Virus genome (UHGV): UHGV-0204105
Direction: 5' to 3' (one strand)
Length of the DNA stretch: 64,000 bases
DNA from: a virus
Shown here: piece by piece, positions 28,426 to 38,907 of the stretch
How positions within the stretch are numbered: position 1 is the first letter of the stretch
Layout: each line of letters begins with the position of its first letter
Notes under the pieces: model-generated
The model's input: the letters and a program-made list of their open reading frames with translations, nothing else
Databases searched by the model: none
Told to the model about the DNA's origin: nothing
Translations under genes and position numbers: made by a program

Positions 28426-29531
28426 CAATGGAGACAGCAGAAACGAAACATCATGTTTTTTCGCCGTCCACGCTCGAACGGCGCGAGGCTTGCCCGGCAA
28501 GCTACAAGTTAGAGGAGGGCTTGCCCTCCTTTGATACCGAAAACTCGAAAGAGGGGACACTCAAACATGCGGCTACAGCAGAAATGATTAGCGCGTATGT
28601 TGACAGCAAGCCGCTTCCGGATATTGACGTTGATGTTAAGGCGGCGTTTTACAAGTTTTCTGAAATTCTGCGAGAAATTCCCGACAATGACCTTCAGATT
28701 TTCACGGAACGGAAACTAAGCTACAAGTTTTGTGGCTTAGAAGTTTACAACGGGACCGCAGATGTGGTGATTGTCACGCCTGAAAAAGTGATTGTAGTCG
28801 ACTGGAAATTCGGGCATCGGGAAGTTACGGAGGCGGCGAACAACCCTCAGGGCGCGGCTTACGCTCTGGCGGCTATGCAGGAGTTCGATCGCAAGGTTGC
28901 TGACGTACACTTTTACAACCCGGTTATTCACCAGCATAGCAACCACACGTTTGAGGGAATGGAGGGCATCAGAGACTACGTTATGGGCGTGATTTCCGAG
29001 TGCAAGCGCGATTCCGCGCCCGCCGTGGCAGGAGAAAAGCAATGTCGATATTGCAAGGCGGCTTATTACGGTACATGCCCCGCATATGCCGAATTTGCGG
29101 CAAAAGTGATGGTTATATCGCAGAAGCTTGACGCGCTCCCGACTCTGTCAGAAGTTCCGGATTCGTTTTTGTGTGAGCTTGCGGGGAAGTTTAAAGTCGT
29201 TGCCAAGTTCGCCGACCGCGTGACGGAGGAAATTAAGGCGCGTTGCGCTGAAAAAGGAGCATGCGGAAGTTACGTTCTAAAGACGACTTCCGGCGGCAAG
29301 GAAATCCCTGATATCAACGCCGCTTTTAATGCCCTTTCCAGCGTGTTTAAGGCGGAGGAATTTTTGACCTACTGCAAAGTAGCGGAACCAGCCTTGCGCA
29401 AAGCATACGCCGCGAAAATGAAAGAAATCGGCAAGTGTGCAAGTCTGAAGGACGGCGAAAAGCTCTTTGCTGAAAGCATGGGCGAGCTGATACAGCAGAA
29501 AGCGCCGCGTCAAGTCCTAGCGGAGGCGTGA
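28422..29531 (+). CDS. PD-(D/E)XK Cas4-like exonuclease (DUF2800-like)
   Basis: FSPS....CP, EGT..H, GTADVV...VDWKFG, Q...YA, C.YC.....CP. Confidence 0.8.
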   Translation: MTMETAETKHHVFSPSTLERREACPASYKLEEGLPSFDTENSKEGTLKHAATAEMISAYVDSKPLPDIDVDVKAAFYKFSEILREIPDNDLQIFTERKLSYKFCGLEVYNGTADVVIVTPEKVIVVDWKFGHREVTEAANNPQGAAYALAAMQEFDRKVADVHFYNPVIHQHSNHTFEGMEGIRDYVMGVISECKRDSAPAVAGEKQCRYCKAAYYGTCPAYAEFAAKVMVISQKLDALPTLSEVPDSFLCELAGKFKVVAKFADRVTEEIKARCAEKGACGSYVLKTTSGGKEIPDINAAFNALSSVFKAEEFLTYCKVAEPALRKAYAAKMKEIGKCASLKDGEKLFAESMGELIQQKAPRQVLAEA

Positions 29532-29533
29532 AA

Positions 29534-29887
29534 ATGGCGAGCTACTACTTGTACGAATCGCAAGCGGAGAAGTTGCGGGGGCTCAAAACCCCTGCAACTC
29601 AAGAACTGGCGCGGGCGGTTGAAAGATATCTTTCCGGCGAGTTTACCAGCTGTTTGGCATTTACGGACAAGAATACAGAAAACTTGACAAAAATACCAAA
29701 AAGCAGAGTATCAGTCAATCACCGATTCGCGGCTATTGACGATGCGCTTATGCGCAAGATACTTGCTTGCCATTGGCAGATACCTGACCCACGCTTAAAA
29801 GCGCTTGAAGAGTCTCTAAAACGCGCGGAAAAGGACGTTGATGAGCTGATGCGCCATTACACAAAACGCAAATATGTAATGGCATGA
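29534..29887 (+). CDS. Hypothetical protein
   Basis: GGAGG RBS, in operon. Confidence 0.5.
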   Translation: MASYYLYESQAEKLRGLKTPATQELARAVERYLSGEFTSCLAFTDKNTENLTKIPKSRVSVNHRFAAIDDALMRKILACHWQIPDPRLKALEESLKRAEKDVDELMRHYTKRKYVMA

Positions 29888-29923
29888 GACAAGAAACAGA
29901 AAACAAACAACAGAGGATTGAAA

Positions 29924-30679
29924 ATGAGTATAATCGGGCTTATCGCTTCAAACAATTTTATTGTGGTGAACAAGACGTTAATCCGAGAATTCGGGCTTGA
30001 ATGCGCTGTCGTTTTAGGAGCGCTCGCAAGTCAGCTTGAATATTTCAAGGAAGACTTGCAAGATGGCTTTTTTTACGCGACAGTGGACAGGATAAAGGAG
30101 GATACCGGACTTTCCGATTACCAGCAACGACAGGCAGTTTCAAAGCTACAGGCGGCTGGAATAATCGAAACAAAAGTAATGGGACTTCCGGCAAAAAGGT
30201 TTTTCAGAATCTGCGAAGAAATATTGCAGAACAAGTTCTCAAAAAATTGCAGAACACTGACTGAAAAAACTGAAGAACTGGTTGCTGAAAAATTGCAGGG
30301 AAATAAAAATATAATAATAAGAAAAGATATAAGAAATGATTCTTCCCCCCTTATATCCCCCCCAAGGGGGAATGCCGCTGACGCGGCGATTGTTGAGGAG
30401 GTGAAGCATCGGATAAACGTACTCTTCAACCGTCGGGAATCGACGGCGTGGAGTGATAAGGAGACTAAGCAACTGAAAACCGTTGCGAAGCGCGAAGGTG
30501 TGCTTGATGAGCTTGCAGAGATTGAGACGCTCTATAACTCCGGGTACCAATACCGGAGACGTGACGTTATAACGTTTCTGAACAATTTTGACGTTGAGCT
30601 AGACAGAGCACGCAATAAGGAGCTTCCGACTTACAGGGGGAGACCTAGAAATGTCGCTCTGGACAAATACGACATTTGA
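29924..30679 (+). CDS. Replication initiator (winged HTH)
   Basis: DGFFYAT...I.EDTGLS..QQRQAV.KL...GII...MGLPAKRFFRI; internal iterons; precedes a DnaC-like gene. Confidence 0.75.
   Translation: MSIIGLIASNNFIVVNKTLIREFGLECAVVLGALASQLEYFKEDLQDGFFYATVDRIKEDTGLSDYQQRQAVSKLQAAGIIETKVMGLPAKRFFRICEEILQNKFSKNCRTLTEKTEELVAEKLQGNKNIIIRKDIRNDSSPLISPPRGNAADAAIVEEVKHRINVLFNRRESTAWSDKETKQLKTVAKREGVLDELAEIETLYNSGYQYRRRDVITFLNNFDVELDRARNKELPTYRGRPRNVALDKYDI
30218..30345. repeat. Putative replication origin iterons
   Basis: Four degenerate AA(A/T)(T/C)TG(C/A)AG units at ~23-bp period (ATTGCAG at 30223, 30246, 30292), followed by an AT-rich tract. Confidence 0.55.
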
Positions 30680-31418
30680 CGGACCGCTCGTTCACGTCAA
30701 ATACGACTACACCTGCAAGGAGTGCGGTAAGACGTTCCATTCCGCGATGGACGTTCCGGACTTTGCGGCTGATATCATTCCGCGCCCTACTCTTTGCGAC
30801 CAGTGTGGGGAGCGTCTTAAGCAGGAAGCCGAGAAACGCGAAAAGGAAGCCCGCTATCGTACGAGAAGTGTTGAGGCGGGTGTTCCAGTGGAGTTCCTCA
30901 ATTACGACAAATCCAGGGGCAATTCCGCGCTTTTTGCGGCGATGAAGCAAAACTGGAACAAGTCGATGTTTGTCATTGGACCTTACGATACCGGAAAAAG
31001 CCGCGCGCTTGCCTACTGCCTTACACGCTGGATTATCGCTGATAAGGGCTTGAGCACGCAGTTTTACAACTGGGCGCGATTGTGCGAGCTGTATGTAGCC
31101 AAAGCGGCGGAAGGCATGGTTAAAGCCAATGACTTTAAGTCTGATTTGCTTGGTACTGATATCCTTGCAATCGACGATTTTGGCAAGAGACGACCTACTC
31201 CGGTAATGGAGGATTTGACGTATGAGCTGATTAACGGAGTGTACGAATCCGGCAAGCGGCTCTGGATGACCTCAAATAAGCCATTACGCGAGGTTTTGCA
31301 GGTGTACGAAAACCGCGATATTGCAGAAGCGGTTATTTCGCGGTTTGACAGGATGATACGAGATGGAACAATGGTCAAGATAACAACGACCCCAATAAAC
31401 GGGCAGAAAAGCCCCTAG
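30651..31418 (+). CDS. DnaC/IstB-like helicase loader
   Basis: Zn CxxC pairs; Walker A GPYDTGKS; Walker B LAIDDFG; TSN; SRF. Confidence 0.8.
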   Translation: MSLWTNTTFDGPLVHVKYDYTCKECGKTFHSAMDVPDFAADIIPRPTLCDQCGERLKQEAEKREKEARYRTRSVEAGVPVEFLNYDKSRGNSALFAAMKQNWNKSMFVIGPYDTGKSRALAYCLTRWIIADKGLSTQFYNWARLCELYVAKAAEGMVKANDFKSDLLGTDILAIDDFGKRRPTPVMEDLTYELINGVYESGKRLWMTSNKPLREVLQVYENRDIAEAVISRFDRMIRDGTMVKITTTPINGQKSP

Positions 31419-31442
31419 GACGAACGAAAGAGGAAAAGACGG

Positions 31443-32461
31443 ATGAGAACATGCATTAGACAAAAAAAGCCCGTAGAGGCGCGTTTCTGTGAATTTTGCG
31501 GAAATCGGATACCCGTGAACGGGGAATCGTACTCGATATACAAAAAACGGCGGTTTTGCTCGCCTAAGTGCTCCGCAGGGGCAACACGGGAACGGAAACT
31601 TGAAGAAAAGCGCAAAAAGGAGGCTGTCGGGAAATGAACGAAGAAAAAGAAGTGGTATTTCGGGCTTGTACCAAATGCGGCAAGATGTTTTACGTACGAA
31701 AAGGACGAGAAAGCAGGTGCTCGGCTTGCAGAAAAGACCCGTACGGGCAACCGAAAAAGACGGTTACCAAAGCTTGCGTCCATTGCGGCGCGGAGTTTGA
31801 AGTACCCTCCTACAGGAGCCGGAAAATCTACTGCTCAAAAAAATGTGCAAGCGCGGTATGGAAGGAAAAATGCCGCCGAAATTACGCAGAGAATAAGGGC
31901 ATGCGAGTTTATCATTGCATCTGCAAAAAGTGCGGCAATGCTTTTGAAAGCCAATACCCTCGCAAAATGTGTTTTGAGTGTGCCGAAAAGCGCACGGAAA
32001 GCGGTCTCAAAATCAAAAAAATCTGCGAACATTGCGGAAAGCCATTTGAAGTCCGGAAGTACAACTCTTTCCGTCGGTTTTGCTCCAGAGACTGCGCAAA
32101 CAAAGGTTTTAGAAAAAATCAGAATGGCGCAGTTGACGAATACAAAAAAAGCGGCGGCGACGTTTTCGAGGCGGTGATGAAAATTGCGGAAAAGAACTAT
32201 CCGGAGCGCGTGAAAAAGCTCCGGTTCAGCAGGGACGAAAAAGCGAAAGTCCGGAAAATTTTGTTCGCCGTGAATGCCCGTCCGAACGGGGACCCGTTCG
32301 CTTGGTTTTACAATCATGTCCTTTTCCCGGTTGCGGGCATTGACTATCGCGCAACGCTTGAAAAAGAGCGTGATTTGGTTCAAATGCTTGCCCTCGCGCT
32401 GGGCACGATTTGGACAAAAAAAACGACGGTACAGCCCGCCGGAACTGACTACAAATGGTGA
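31443..32461 (+). CDS. Two Zn-ribbon-repeat proteins (31443-31637, 31634-32461)
   Basis: Repeated CxxCG..F......(Y/F)CSxxC units. Confidence 0.6.
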
Positions 32462-32471
32462 GGGAGGAAAC

Positions 32472-33641
32472 ATGATTTACGCATCAGTATGCAGCGGCGT
32501 TGAAGCCGCAAGTCTTGCATGGATTCCGCTCGGATGGAAAGCCGCCTGGTTTTCCGAAATAGAGCCGTTCCCGTGCGCAGTCCTGAAACATCGTTTTCCC
32601 GAAGTCCCGAACTTGGGAGATATGACAAAAATCAAAGTGGAGACAATTGAAAATGAAACCGGAAAACTTCAGCGGTTCAAAAATGAATCTGGAGCAGATG
32701 TCGTTGTTCCCGGAGGAGTTGATCTCCTCGTCGGAGGAACCCCGTGCCAGTCTTTCTCATTCGCTGGCAACCGATCGGGATTGCGCGGAGTGTCTGGACT
32801 CGCGCTAACCTATTGCGAACTTCTTGAGACTATGCGTCCCAGGTGGTTCGTGTGGGAAAACGTCCCCGGTGTTTTCAGTGCAAATCAAGGGGATGACTTC
32901 CGGACGTTCCTGCGAAAAATTGATGAAATCGGGTATTCTGTCGCATGGCGAGTGCTGGACGCTCAGTACGTCAGAGTGGACGGATACCCTCGTGCCATTC
33001 CGCAAAGAAGACGACGTGTCTTCGTTGTCGGATATTTTGGTTCCGATTTCCGCTGTCCCGCAGGAGTATTATTTGAGCCGGAAAGCGTGTTCCGGACTAC
33101 TCCGCCGCGCAGAAGCAAGGGGTCGGGCGTTGCCAGATGCCTTACAGCAAGTACTGGTGGTGCAAGCGGGAAAGAACAGCAGCATACCTTCATCAGCGGA
33201 GACGGAAGACCGCTGAACGCAATCAAGGTAATTGCCACCGGCCAGGCGAACGCGGAGACGGTGACAGACCTCTGTGTGAATCTGACCTGCAACCACGAAG
33301 CGCCGATTGTCTGCGGTTATGAAACCGGTCAGGGATATTGGCAGAGCGGCGATATTGCCGGAACGCTTCGGGCGGAGGGCGAGAACAGACCTTCAAGACC
33401 GTCGAATATCATCTGCGGACAGGCGGTGTCGGTCAACACATCCATCCGCCGCCTGCTTCCCGTTGAATGCGAACGCCTGATGGGTTTCCCCGACAACTGG
33501 ACGCGCATTCCGTGGAGAAGTAAGCCGGAAGAAGAATGCCCCGATTCGCACAGATACAAGGCGTGTGGCAACAGCATGTGTGTAAATGTCATGCGCTGGA
33601 TTGGAATGCGTATCGAATTAACTGAAAGGAAACTGAAATGA
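32472..33641 (+). CDS. dcm: C5-cytosine DNA methyltransferase
   Basis: SVCSGVEA (I), GGTPCQSFS (IV), WENVPG (VI), PQRRRRVF (VIII), RRLLPVECERLMGFP (IX), YKACGNS (X). Confidence 0.9.
   Translation: MIYASVCSGVEAASLAWIPLGWKAAWFSEIEPFPCAVLKHRFPEVPNLGDMTKIKVETIENETGKLQRFKNESGADVVVPGGVDLLVGGTPCQSFSFAGNRSGLRGVSGLALTYCELLETMRPRWFVWENVPGVFSANQGDDFRTFLRKIDEIGYSVAWRVLDAQYVRVDGYPRAIPQRRRRVFVVGYFGSDFRCPAGVLFEPESVFRTTPPRRSKGSGVARCLTASTGGASGKEQQHTFISGDGRPLNAIKVIATGQANAETVTDLCVNLTCNHEAPIVCGYETGQGYWQSGDIAGTLRAEGENRPSRPSNIICGQAVSVNTSIRRLLPVECERLMGFPDNWTRIPWRSKPEEECPDSHRYKACGNSMCVNVMRWIGMRIELTERKLK
32824..33216 (+). CDS. Out-of-frame nested ORF resembling the M.EcoHK31I beta polypeptide
   Basis: SG....GECWTLSTSE...SSLSDIL...YYLS..AC.GLLRRAE.RG..LP.AL in the +1 frame; TTG start. 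Confidence 0.55.
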   Translation: MRLCVPGGSCGKTSPVFSVQIKGMTSGRSCEKLMKSGILSHGECWTLSTSEWTDTLVPFRKEDDVSSLSDILVPISAVPQEYYLSRKACSGLLRRAEARGRALPDALQQVLVVQAGKNSSIPSSAETEDR

Positions 33642-34955
33642 ACTGTTTTGAATGTAACTTCGCGCGGAAGTTTCCCGGCGATTGCAAGTACGTTGTTTGC
33701 GAACGTTTTGGCGGATTCCGGCGCGTGGATGGGGAATGCCCGAAATTTCGCACGAATAGTGACAAGCTGAAAGGACTGGGTGATTATGATCTGGCTCGTT
33801 TTTTGCGCGAATTGGCTTGCCCACCGGATGCAAAAAGCTGTGACGCAGCAGATGGTTGCACGGATTGCTGGAAAAAGTGGTTTAAATCGCCCGCCGACAT
33901 GGAGTTTTGGCAAAATTTTGAGGAGGAAAAAGAAAATGGCGAAAACTGAAGGTGTTGAAATCGTGATTAAGCACAAAGACCTTGCGTCGGAACCGTGCGA
34001 AAATTGCGGAAGCAAGCTGGTTTTCCACGAAAAGCGCAAGGTCGGAGAATGGATACGTCACGAATTCGAATGCGGATACTGCGGAAGCATGTTGGTTTTC
34101 TACGAAAAGCAAGAAAAAATGGAGGGTGAGAATGAAAAATAAAGAAGACCGGAACAAGTGGGAAAGACGCTATTTCCGCATACGGCGCAAATTGGAACGG
34201 GCAAATGATTGCTTCGAACAGCTGTTGCTTGAAAGAGACGATGGCGAAGACGTCGAAGATGAAATAGAGGCGGCAAGCGATGAAATCGCCGCCCTGACAA
34301 AAGAACTGAACAAACTTGAAGAAGAAAGGAACCAAAATGGGAACGCGTGAAGAATTTGAAAGACAGTGTCCTTTTTGTGGCAAGGGCATGTGCAAGCTTG
34401 TCGCAGATTACCCGGGCGAAGATGATGACAATTACACACGAAAGGTGTTTAAATGTCAAAATTGCGGTCAAACCATATGGGCTTCATATCCACGCCCTGT
34501 TTACGAGCCTCTTGAGGAGCTGAAAGCCCAAAGGCTGGAAATTGTTCTGAAGCTGGATGCTCTGTATGACGAATATTACGATCTAAGGGATTGCACGATG
34601 TACCCGACAAAAGAAATGGGGATCGTGAAAGAAGACATCAACAAGCTTCGCAAGGAGCTCGATAAACTCGACAAGAAAATCAACAAAGTTCGCCGAGAGC
34701 GGAAAGAAAACGAATAAAAACGGAGCTGGTCGGATGGCAACAATAAAAGAGATGCTTGCCTTGCGGAGGGAAATGGAAGACAAGCTGGATGGCGTGTTTA
34801 CAGAGTTTAACAGGTTATGGGATAGCCTGAACGCGGAAAACGACGTAACAAAAGAGTTGAAAGACGTGAAAGCCGCAATCGACGATTTGTGGATCAAACT
34901 CGAAAAACTCGACGATAAAATCAACGAAACTCGCCGCATGCGGGAAAGCAAATAA
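33638..34955 (+). CDS. Run of small hypothetical genes (33638-33949, 33936-34142, 34132-34350, 34337-34717, 34734-34955)
   Basis: Overlapping ORFs with RBSs; Zn-ribbon or coiled-coil character. Confidence 0.55.
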
Positions 34956-34971
34956 AAACGGAGGAGACAAA

Positions 34972-35976
34972 ATGCTTGTATTCGAAACAATCCTGAAGGA
35001 CGGAAAAGGTAATTATTACCTGAATGTGAACAACGACACAAAACATGACAACGGCGCGTATCGAATCGTGCAAAACGGCGCTTGCGTCCATATCTCAAGC
35101 CTGAAGCAGGATGTAACGCATGATATGGTGGAACTGGAAGATGTGGTGGAGCTCAACGATAATGTCAAACTTGTACCTTGCAAAAGGCGTTTTCGCGGGT
35201 TCCGCGCTATGAAGAAATCAGATAACTGTTTTTACTACAAAGACAAGCTTGTAAACCAGTTTGAAACGTACGTTGTTACACCCGAAAAAAGGCTTAATAT
35301 TGGAGCGTATTTTTTCGAATCAGCAGGGCTTTTTGTGTCGTACACATCGCTGGAGAACGCGGTGAAGGAAGAAAACTTGTACGATGATATCCCTGATTAC
35401 GATTTTGCCATTGTCGAGTATTGGGGTGTAGTTTTAAAAAGAAACAAAGATTGGGAAGCGTCAACAGCAATCGAGTTTGTTGAAAAACTGGATTTTAGAA
35501 AGGTCGTTTCTAGATTTTGGGGAGTTGACGGAGAAAACAACTTGGATTGCTTTTTTATGAGAGGCGGCAACAGCAAAGATTGTTTCTATTGTACTGATGT
35601 ACGCAGATGCGACAGTTGCGAGAATTTGAGCTATTCGCTGGGTTGCGTCGATTGCGATTACGGAAGCCAAGTCTTTTTTAGTAAGGGCTGTAAATACTGC
35701 TCTGATATTGACTTTTGTTTTGATGTGAAATTTAGCCAATCTTGCATGTGCTGTTGGAAAATAAACCATGCAAGTGGCTTGCTTTTTAACAAAAAACGTG
35801 AATTGGAAGAGAATGAAATGTGGAATCACTATTTTAGAGAAATCAAAAATTTCAACGACTTCTATCACGCGCTTGAATACAACAAAATCCGGCATCTGCT
35901 CCGGAAGCCCGGCGCAACGGTGACAGCAAAAGAAGTCGCAGAATTTCGCAAGTATCTGCTTGACGAAGTCTTGTAA
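34972..35976 (+). CDS. Hypothetical protein with a Cys-repeat (beta-helix-like) segment
   Basis: GGAGG RBS; CFYCTD...CDSCEN...CVDCDY...CKYCSD. Confidence 0.6.
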   Translation: MLVFETILKDGKGNYYLNVNNDTKHDNGAYRIVQNGACVHISSLKQDVTHDMVELEDVVELNDNVKLVPCKRRFRGFRAMKKSDNCFYYKDKLVNQFETYVVTPEKRLNIGAYFFESAGLFVSYTSLENAVKEENLYDDIPDYDFAIVEYWGVVLKRNKDWEASTAIEFVEKLDFRKVVSRFWGVDGENNLDCFFMRGGNSKDCFYCTDVRRCDSCENLSYSLGCVDCDYGSQVFFSKGCKYCSDIDFCFDVKFSQSCMCCWKINHASGLLFNKKRELEENEMWNHYFREIKNFNDFYHALEYNKIRHLLRKPGATVTAKEVAEFRKYLLDEVL

Positions 35977-36069
35977 CACGAACCAGTAAAACCACAACAC
36001 TTGCAACACGCGCCGTGCTCAAAAATCTAACACGCACGGCGCAAAATCATAACACGGAGGAAACACAAA

Positions 36070-36366
36070 ATGACGGACAAAGAGGAATTTACACCGGGAC
36101 CGTGGACGTATGATGGCGGTTTTACAGTATTTTCTGCTGACGGCGAGCCCGTTTGCGACCTTGTATCTGAAGCGGAAATAAACGGGGAAATGCGCATATT
36201 GCCTTACAAGGAGAACGCCGCTCTGATTGAAGCCGCTCCGGTGATGTACGCTCTGTTGAGTCTGATACAGAAATATCTGGAAGTTACAGACAATGAGAAC
36301 GCACGAATCGCTTTTTTGTCAACTCAAATCAGGCAGGTTTTGGCGAAAGCCCGAGGTGAGAAATGA
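36070..36366 (+). CDS. Hypothetical phage protein
   Basis: FTPGPW...NAALIEAAP.MY..L...LAKARGE pattern. Confidence 0.65.
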   Translation: MTDKEEFTPGPWTYDGGFTVFSADGEPVCDLVSEAEINGEMRILPYKENAALIEAAPVMYALLSLIQKYLEVTDNENARIAFLSTQIRQVLAKARGEK

Positions 36367-36719
36367 CGGTTTACGCGATTGACTTTGACGGAACGATTGT
36401 AACAGAGGAATACCCGGCAATCGGCAAGCCGATTCCGGCTACAATTGAGTTCATCCGCGCAATCCAGAAGCGCGGCGACAAGTGGATACTCCTCACCATG
36501 CGTGAGGGGAAAAGCCTAAGGGAAGCACTCACTTTTTTAGTGCTCCGAAAGTGTTTTCCGGCGGCGATAAACGACAATCTGCCCGAACGCGTCGAGCAGT
36601 GGGGAAACAACCCGCGCAAGGTTTACGCGGATGTTTACATCGACGACCATAACGCGGGAGGGCTGGTGATTCCTGAACTTGAAGAAAACAAGGAGATGGA
36701 AAATGAAGCGGCTGGATAA
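36363..36719 (+). CDS. HAD-superfamily hydrolase
   Basis: AIDFDGTI; RKVYADVYIDD. Confidence 0.85.
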   Translation: MTVYAIDFDGTIVTEEYPAIGKPIPATIEFIRAIQKRGDKWILLTMREGKSLREALTFLVLRKCFPAAINDNLPERVEQWGNNPRKVYADVYIDDHNAGGLVIPELEENKEMENEAAG

Positions 36720-37437
36720 AGTCAAGGCGTTTTTTAATTACGAAGAAAACGTGGAAGCCTATTGCTTCACACTTGTCGGAGTTTTCCTTTTCGGGGCTGT
36801 TATGCTGGGCATATGGGAAGCTAAATGGCACGAGAAAAACACAAAAACCGTTTTAAAGTATTACGACTTTTACGCTGAAACGGTGGTGTACGACAAGTGC
36901 GAATACGCGGTTTTTGAGATTGGCGAAAGTCGTTACATCGTCCACAAAGGCAACTGCAACAACCCCGTTCACGCGGGGAAAACTGGAAAGGAGAATTGAA
37001 AAATGAACATGAAAACCTTTTTCAAGGACCCGCTGACAAGCGTTTTGCTTGCGATTCAGGCGGTTATTGTGGCAATCGCGATAGCGATAGCGGACCCCGT
37101 CGTAATCATCTTTGCAGTTTTTGGTATGGCGTTTATCGCATATTTGCGACTGGTTGACATGCGCATGGCGTGGATGTTTGACATGGTGGACAAGGCGCTT
37201 AAAGTTGAAAAAGACGCGCTAGACAGGAACGAAAAAACGCTTGAAATGCTGAAGACTTGTAACGCCTCGCTTTCCAGATATCGCGACTTGCTGACGATGT
37301 TTAGGGAGGGACTTATTATCGGCATGGCAAGCGCCGATGATGAGACCGCGAAAAGCTATAGGGCGTGGGTTGAGGCAATCGACCGCGCCTTGAAGGATGA
37401 ACTCAAAAACTTTAAGGCTGTTGTTAAGGATCATTAA
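36703..37437 (+). CDS. Two membrane proteins (36703-36999, 37003-37437)
   Basis: Hydrophobic N-terminal helices; RBSs. Confidence 0.55.
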
Positions 37438-37517
37438 AGAAAACGGCGAAAAATTTTAATGACAAATCGCGTCATTAAAGAAAATCGCGGAAAATTTTAA
37501 TAAGGAGAAAAAAAATC

Positions 37518-37901
37518 ATGGCTGACGCTGTGAACCACCCGGCGCATTACGCTCCAATCTTTGAGGCAAGACAGATAGAGTGTCTTGACATTGCGCGCTA
37601 TCTCGACTTTTGCAGGGGCAATGCATTTAAGTACGTTTGGAGGGCTGGACTTAAGGGAGAGCCGGAAAAAGCAATCGAAGATTGCGAAACAGCGAAGTTT
37701 TATATGTTCCGCGTGCTTGACCCGGAAATGAACTTGCCCGCTATCGCAATGTTTAGAGTATTGGGTATTCCGGATGAAAAATCCTCAATCGAACGCATAA
37801 AATACAACGTGTTGCAGGAGATTTTGACTATGGACAAATTCTCCGCAATTGACGCAATCAACATACTCGAAAACGCATTCAGAAAGGAGCTCTCAAAATG
37901 A
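37518..37901 (+). CDS. DUF3310-family protein
   Basis: DAVNHPAHY...IECLD...FCRGNAFKYVWRAG.KG....ED...A.FY. Confidence 0.8.
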   Translation: MADAVNHPAHYAPIFEARQIECLDIARYLDFCRGNAFKYVWRAGLKGEPEKAIEDCETAKFYMFRVLDPEMNLPAIAMFRVLGIPDEKSSIERIKYNVLQEILTMDKFSAIDAINILENAFRKELSK

Positions 37902-38574
37902 GAATCATTGAACCGTCCGTCGAAATCTACACCGAATACGACCACTACAAAAAAATTGAAACAATCGCCCGCGTTTGCACGGGCACTCAAGACAAAGTAG
38001 GAAGCAAGCCCGACTTTTTGGATTAAGCAGAATGTGGAAAAATCGCATAACAATCAATGTCCGCGATTATCTTACACAAGGCGGCAAACTCAAAGACTTG
38101 AAAGAGTTTTCGTTCGCTGATGACTACATGACCGTCAAGTTTACGGTTGATATCGGCGTGGCGCGCGAGCTGATACGCCACAGGCAGATGTCCTTTATGG
38201 AGCGGTCGACGCGGTATTGCAACATGTTCGATGATATTGAGCTTATCAAGCCCGTTTCGTTCGCATGGGCTGAATCCGGTGAGCTGAACGAAGCGTGGTA
38301 TATGGAGTGCGTCTCTGCGGAAGCCGCATATCGCCTGATGATTCGCAAGGGAGCCCGTCCGCAGGAAGCCCGGACCGTCCTTCCGCTCTCAACCGCGACC
38401 GTGCTGTATGTCACCGGGATGTACAAGCAATGGGAAGATATGCTCAAGCTCCGTCTCGCGCCCGGAGCGCACCCGCAGATGCGCTACATCATGCAAAAGC
38501 TCGTTGAGCTTGAAGATTTTCCGAAAAACAAAATTAAAGTTCCGGAGTTTGAACACTCCGAAAAGAAAAACTAA
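37898..38574 (+). pseudogene. thyX: FAD-dependent thymidylate synthase, split by a frameshift or deletion near 38020
   Basis: N-part MRIIEPSVEI...IETIARVC (37898-38026, stop); C-part in another frame with VARELIRHR.MSFMERSTRY, PQEARTVLP, LKLR....AHPQMR. Confidence 0.75.
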
Positions 38575-38589
38575 CATGGGAGAAACAAA

Positions 38590-38907
38590 ATGAAAGTCAA
38601 CAGAATCAACTCGCTGGTATTGGAAGGCGCTGTTGCGTTACTTAGGTCGGCGGTACCGGAAATCACACCGGAAAAACTTGTTGCGGCTCTGAAGAGTTAC
38701 AATTCCACCCTCGCAAATGCTCCGGAAAGGCCCTATACGCGGCAAGAAGTATGCAATCTGCTGAGTATATCCATTCCAACTCTTCACCGCATGATAAAAG
38801 CCGGAACCGTTCGGAAAATCGTAGTATCAAAACATGTAGTTCGCATCGACCCCGCTTCCGTTCGCGAGCTCCTGGACATGAGAACGGCAAAGGAGGCGGG
38901 AAAATGA
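38590..38907 (+). CDS. Excisionase-like HTH protein
   Basis: YTRQEVCNLLSISIPTLHRMIKAG......VRI. Confidence 0.65.
   Translation: MKVNRINSLVLEGAVALLRSAVPEITPEKLVAALKSYNSTLANAPERPYTRQEVCNLLSISIPTLHRMIKAGTVRKIVVSKHVVRIDPASVRELLDMRTAKEAGK

Noticed and set aside
28422..29531. cas4 as evidence of CRISPR-Cas
   Set aside because: Context is a phage recombination module; no cas1/cas2 or array
36363..36719. YIDD as a reverse transcriptase motif
   Set aside because: It is HAD motif IV in a 118-aa DxDGT protein
25956..38026. Stop-codon reassignment explaining the broken BRO and thyX genes
   Set aside because: Both continuations are in different frames, and TAA, TGA and TAG all end normal genes elsewhere
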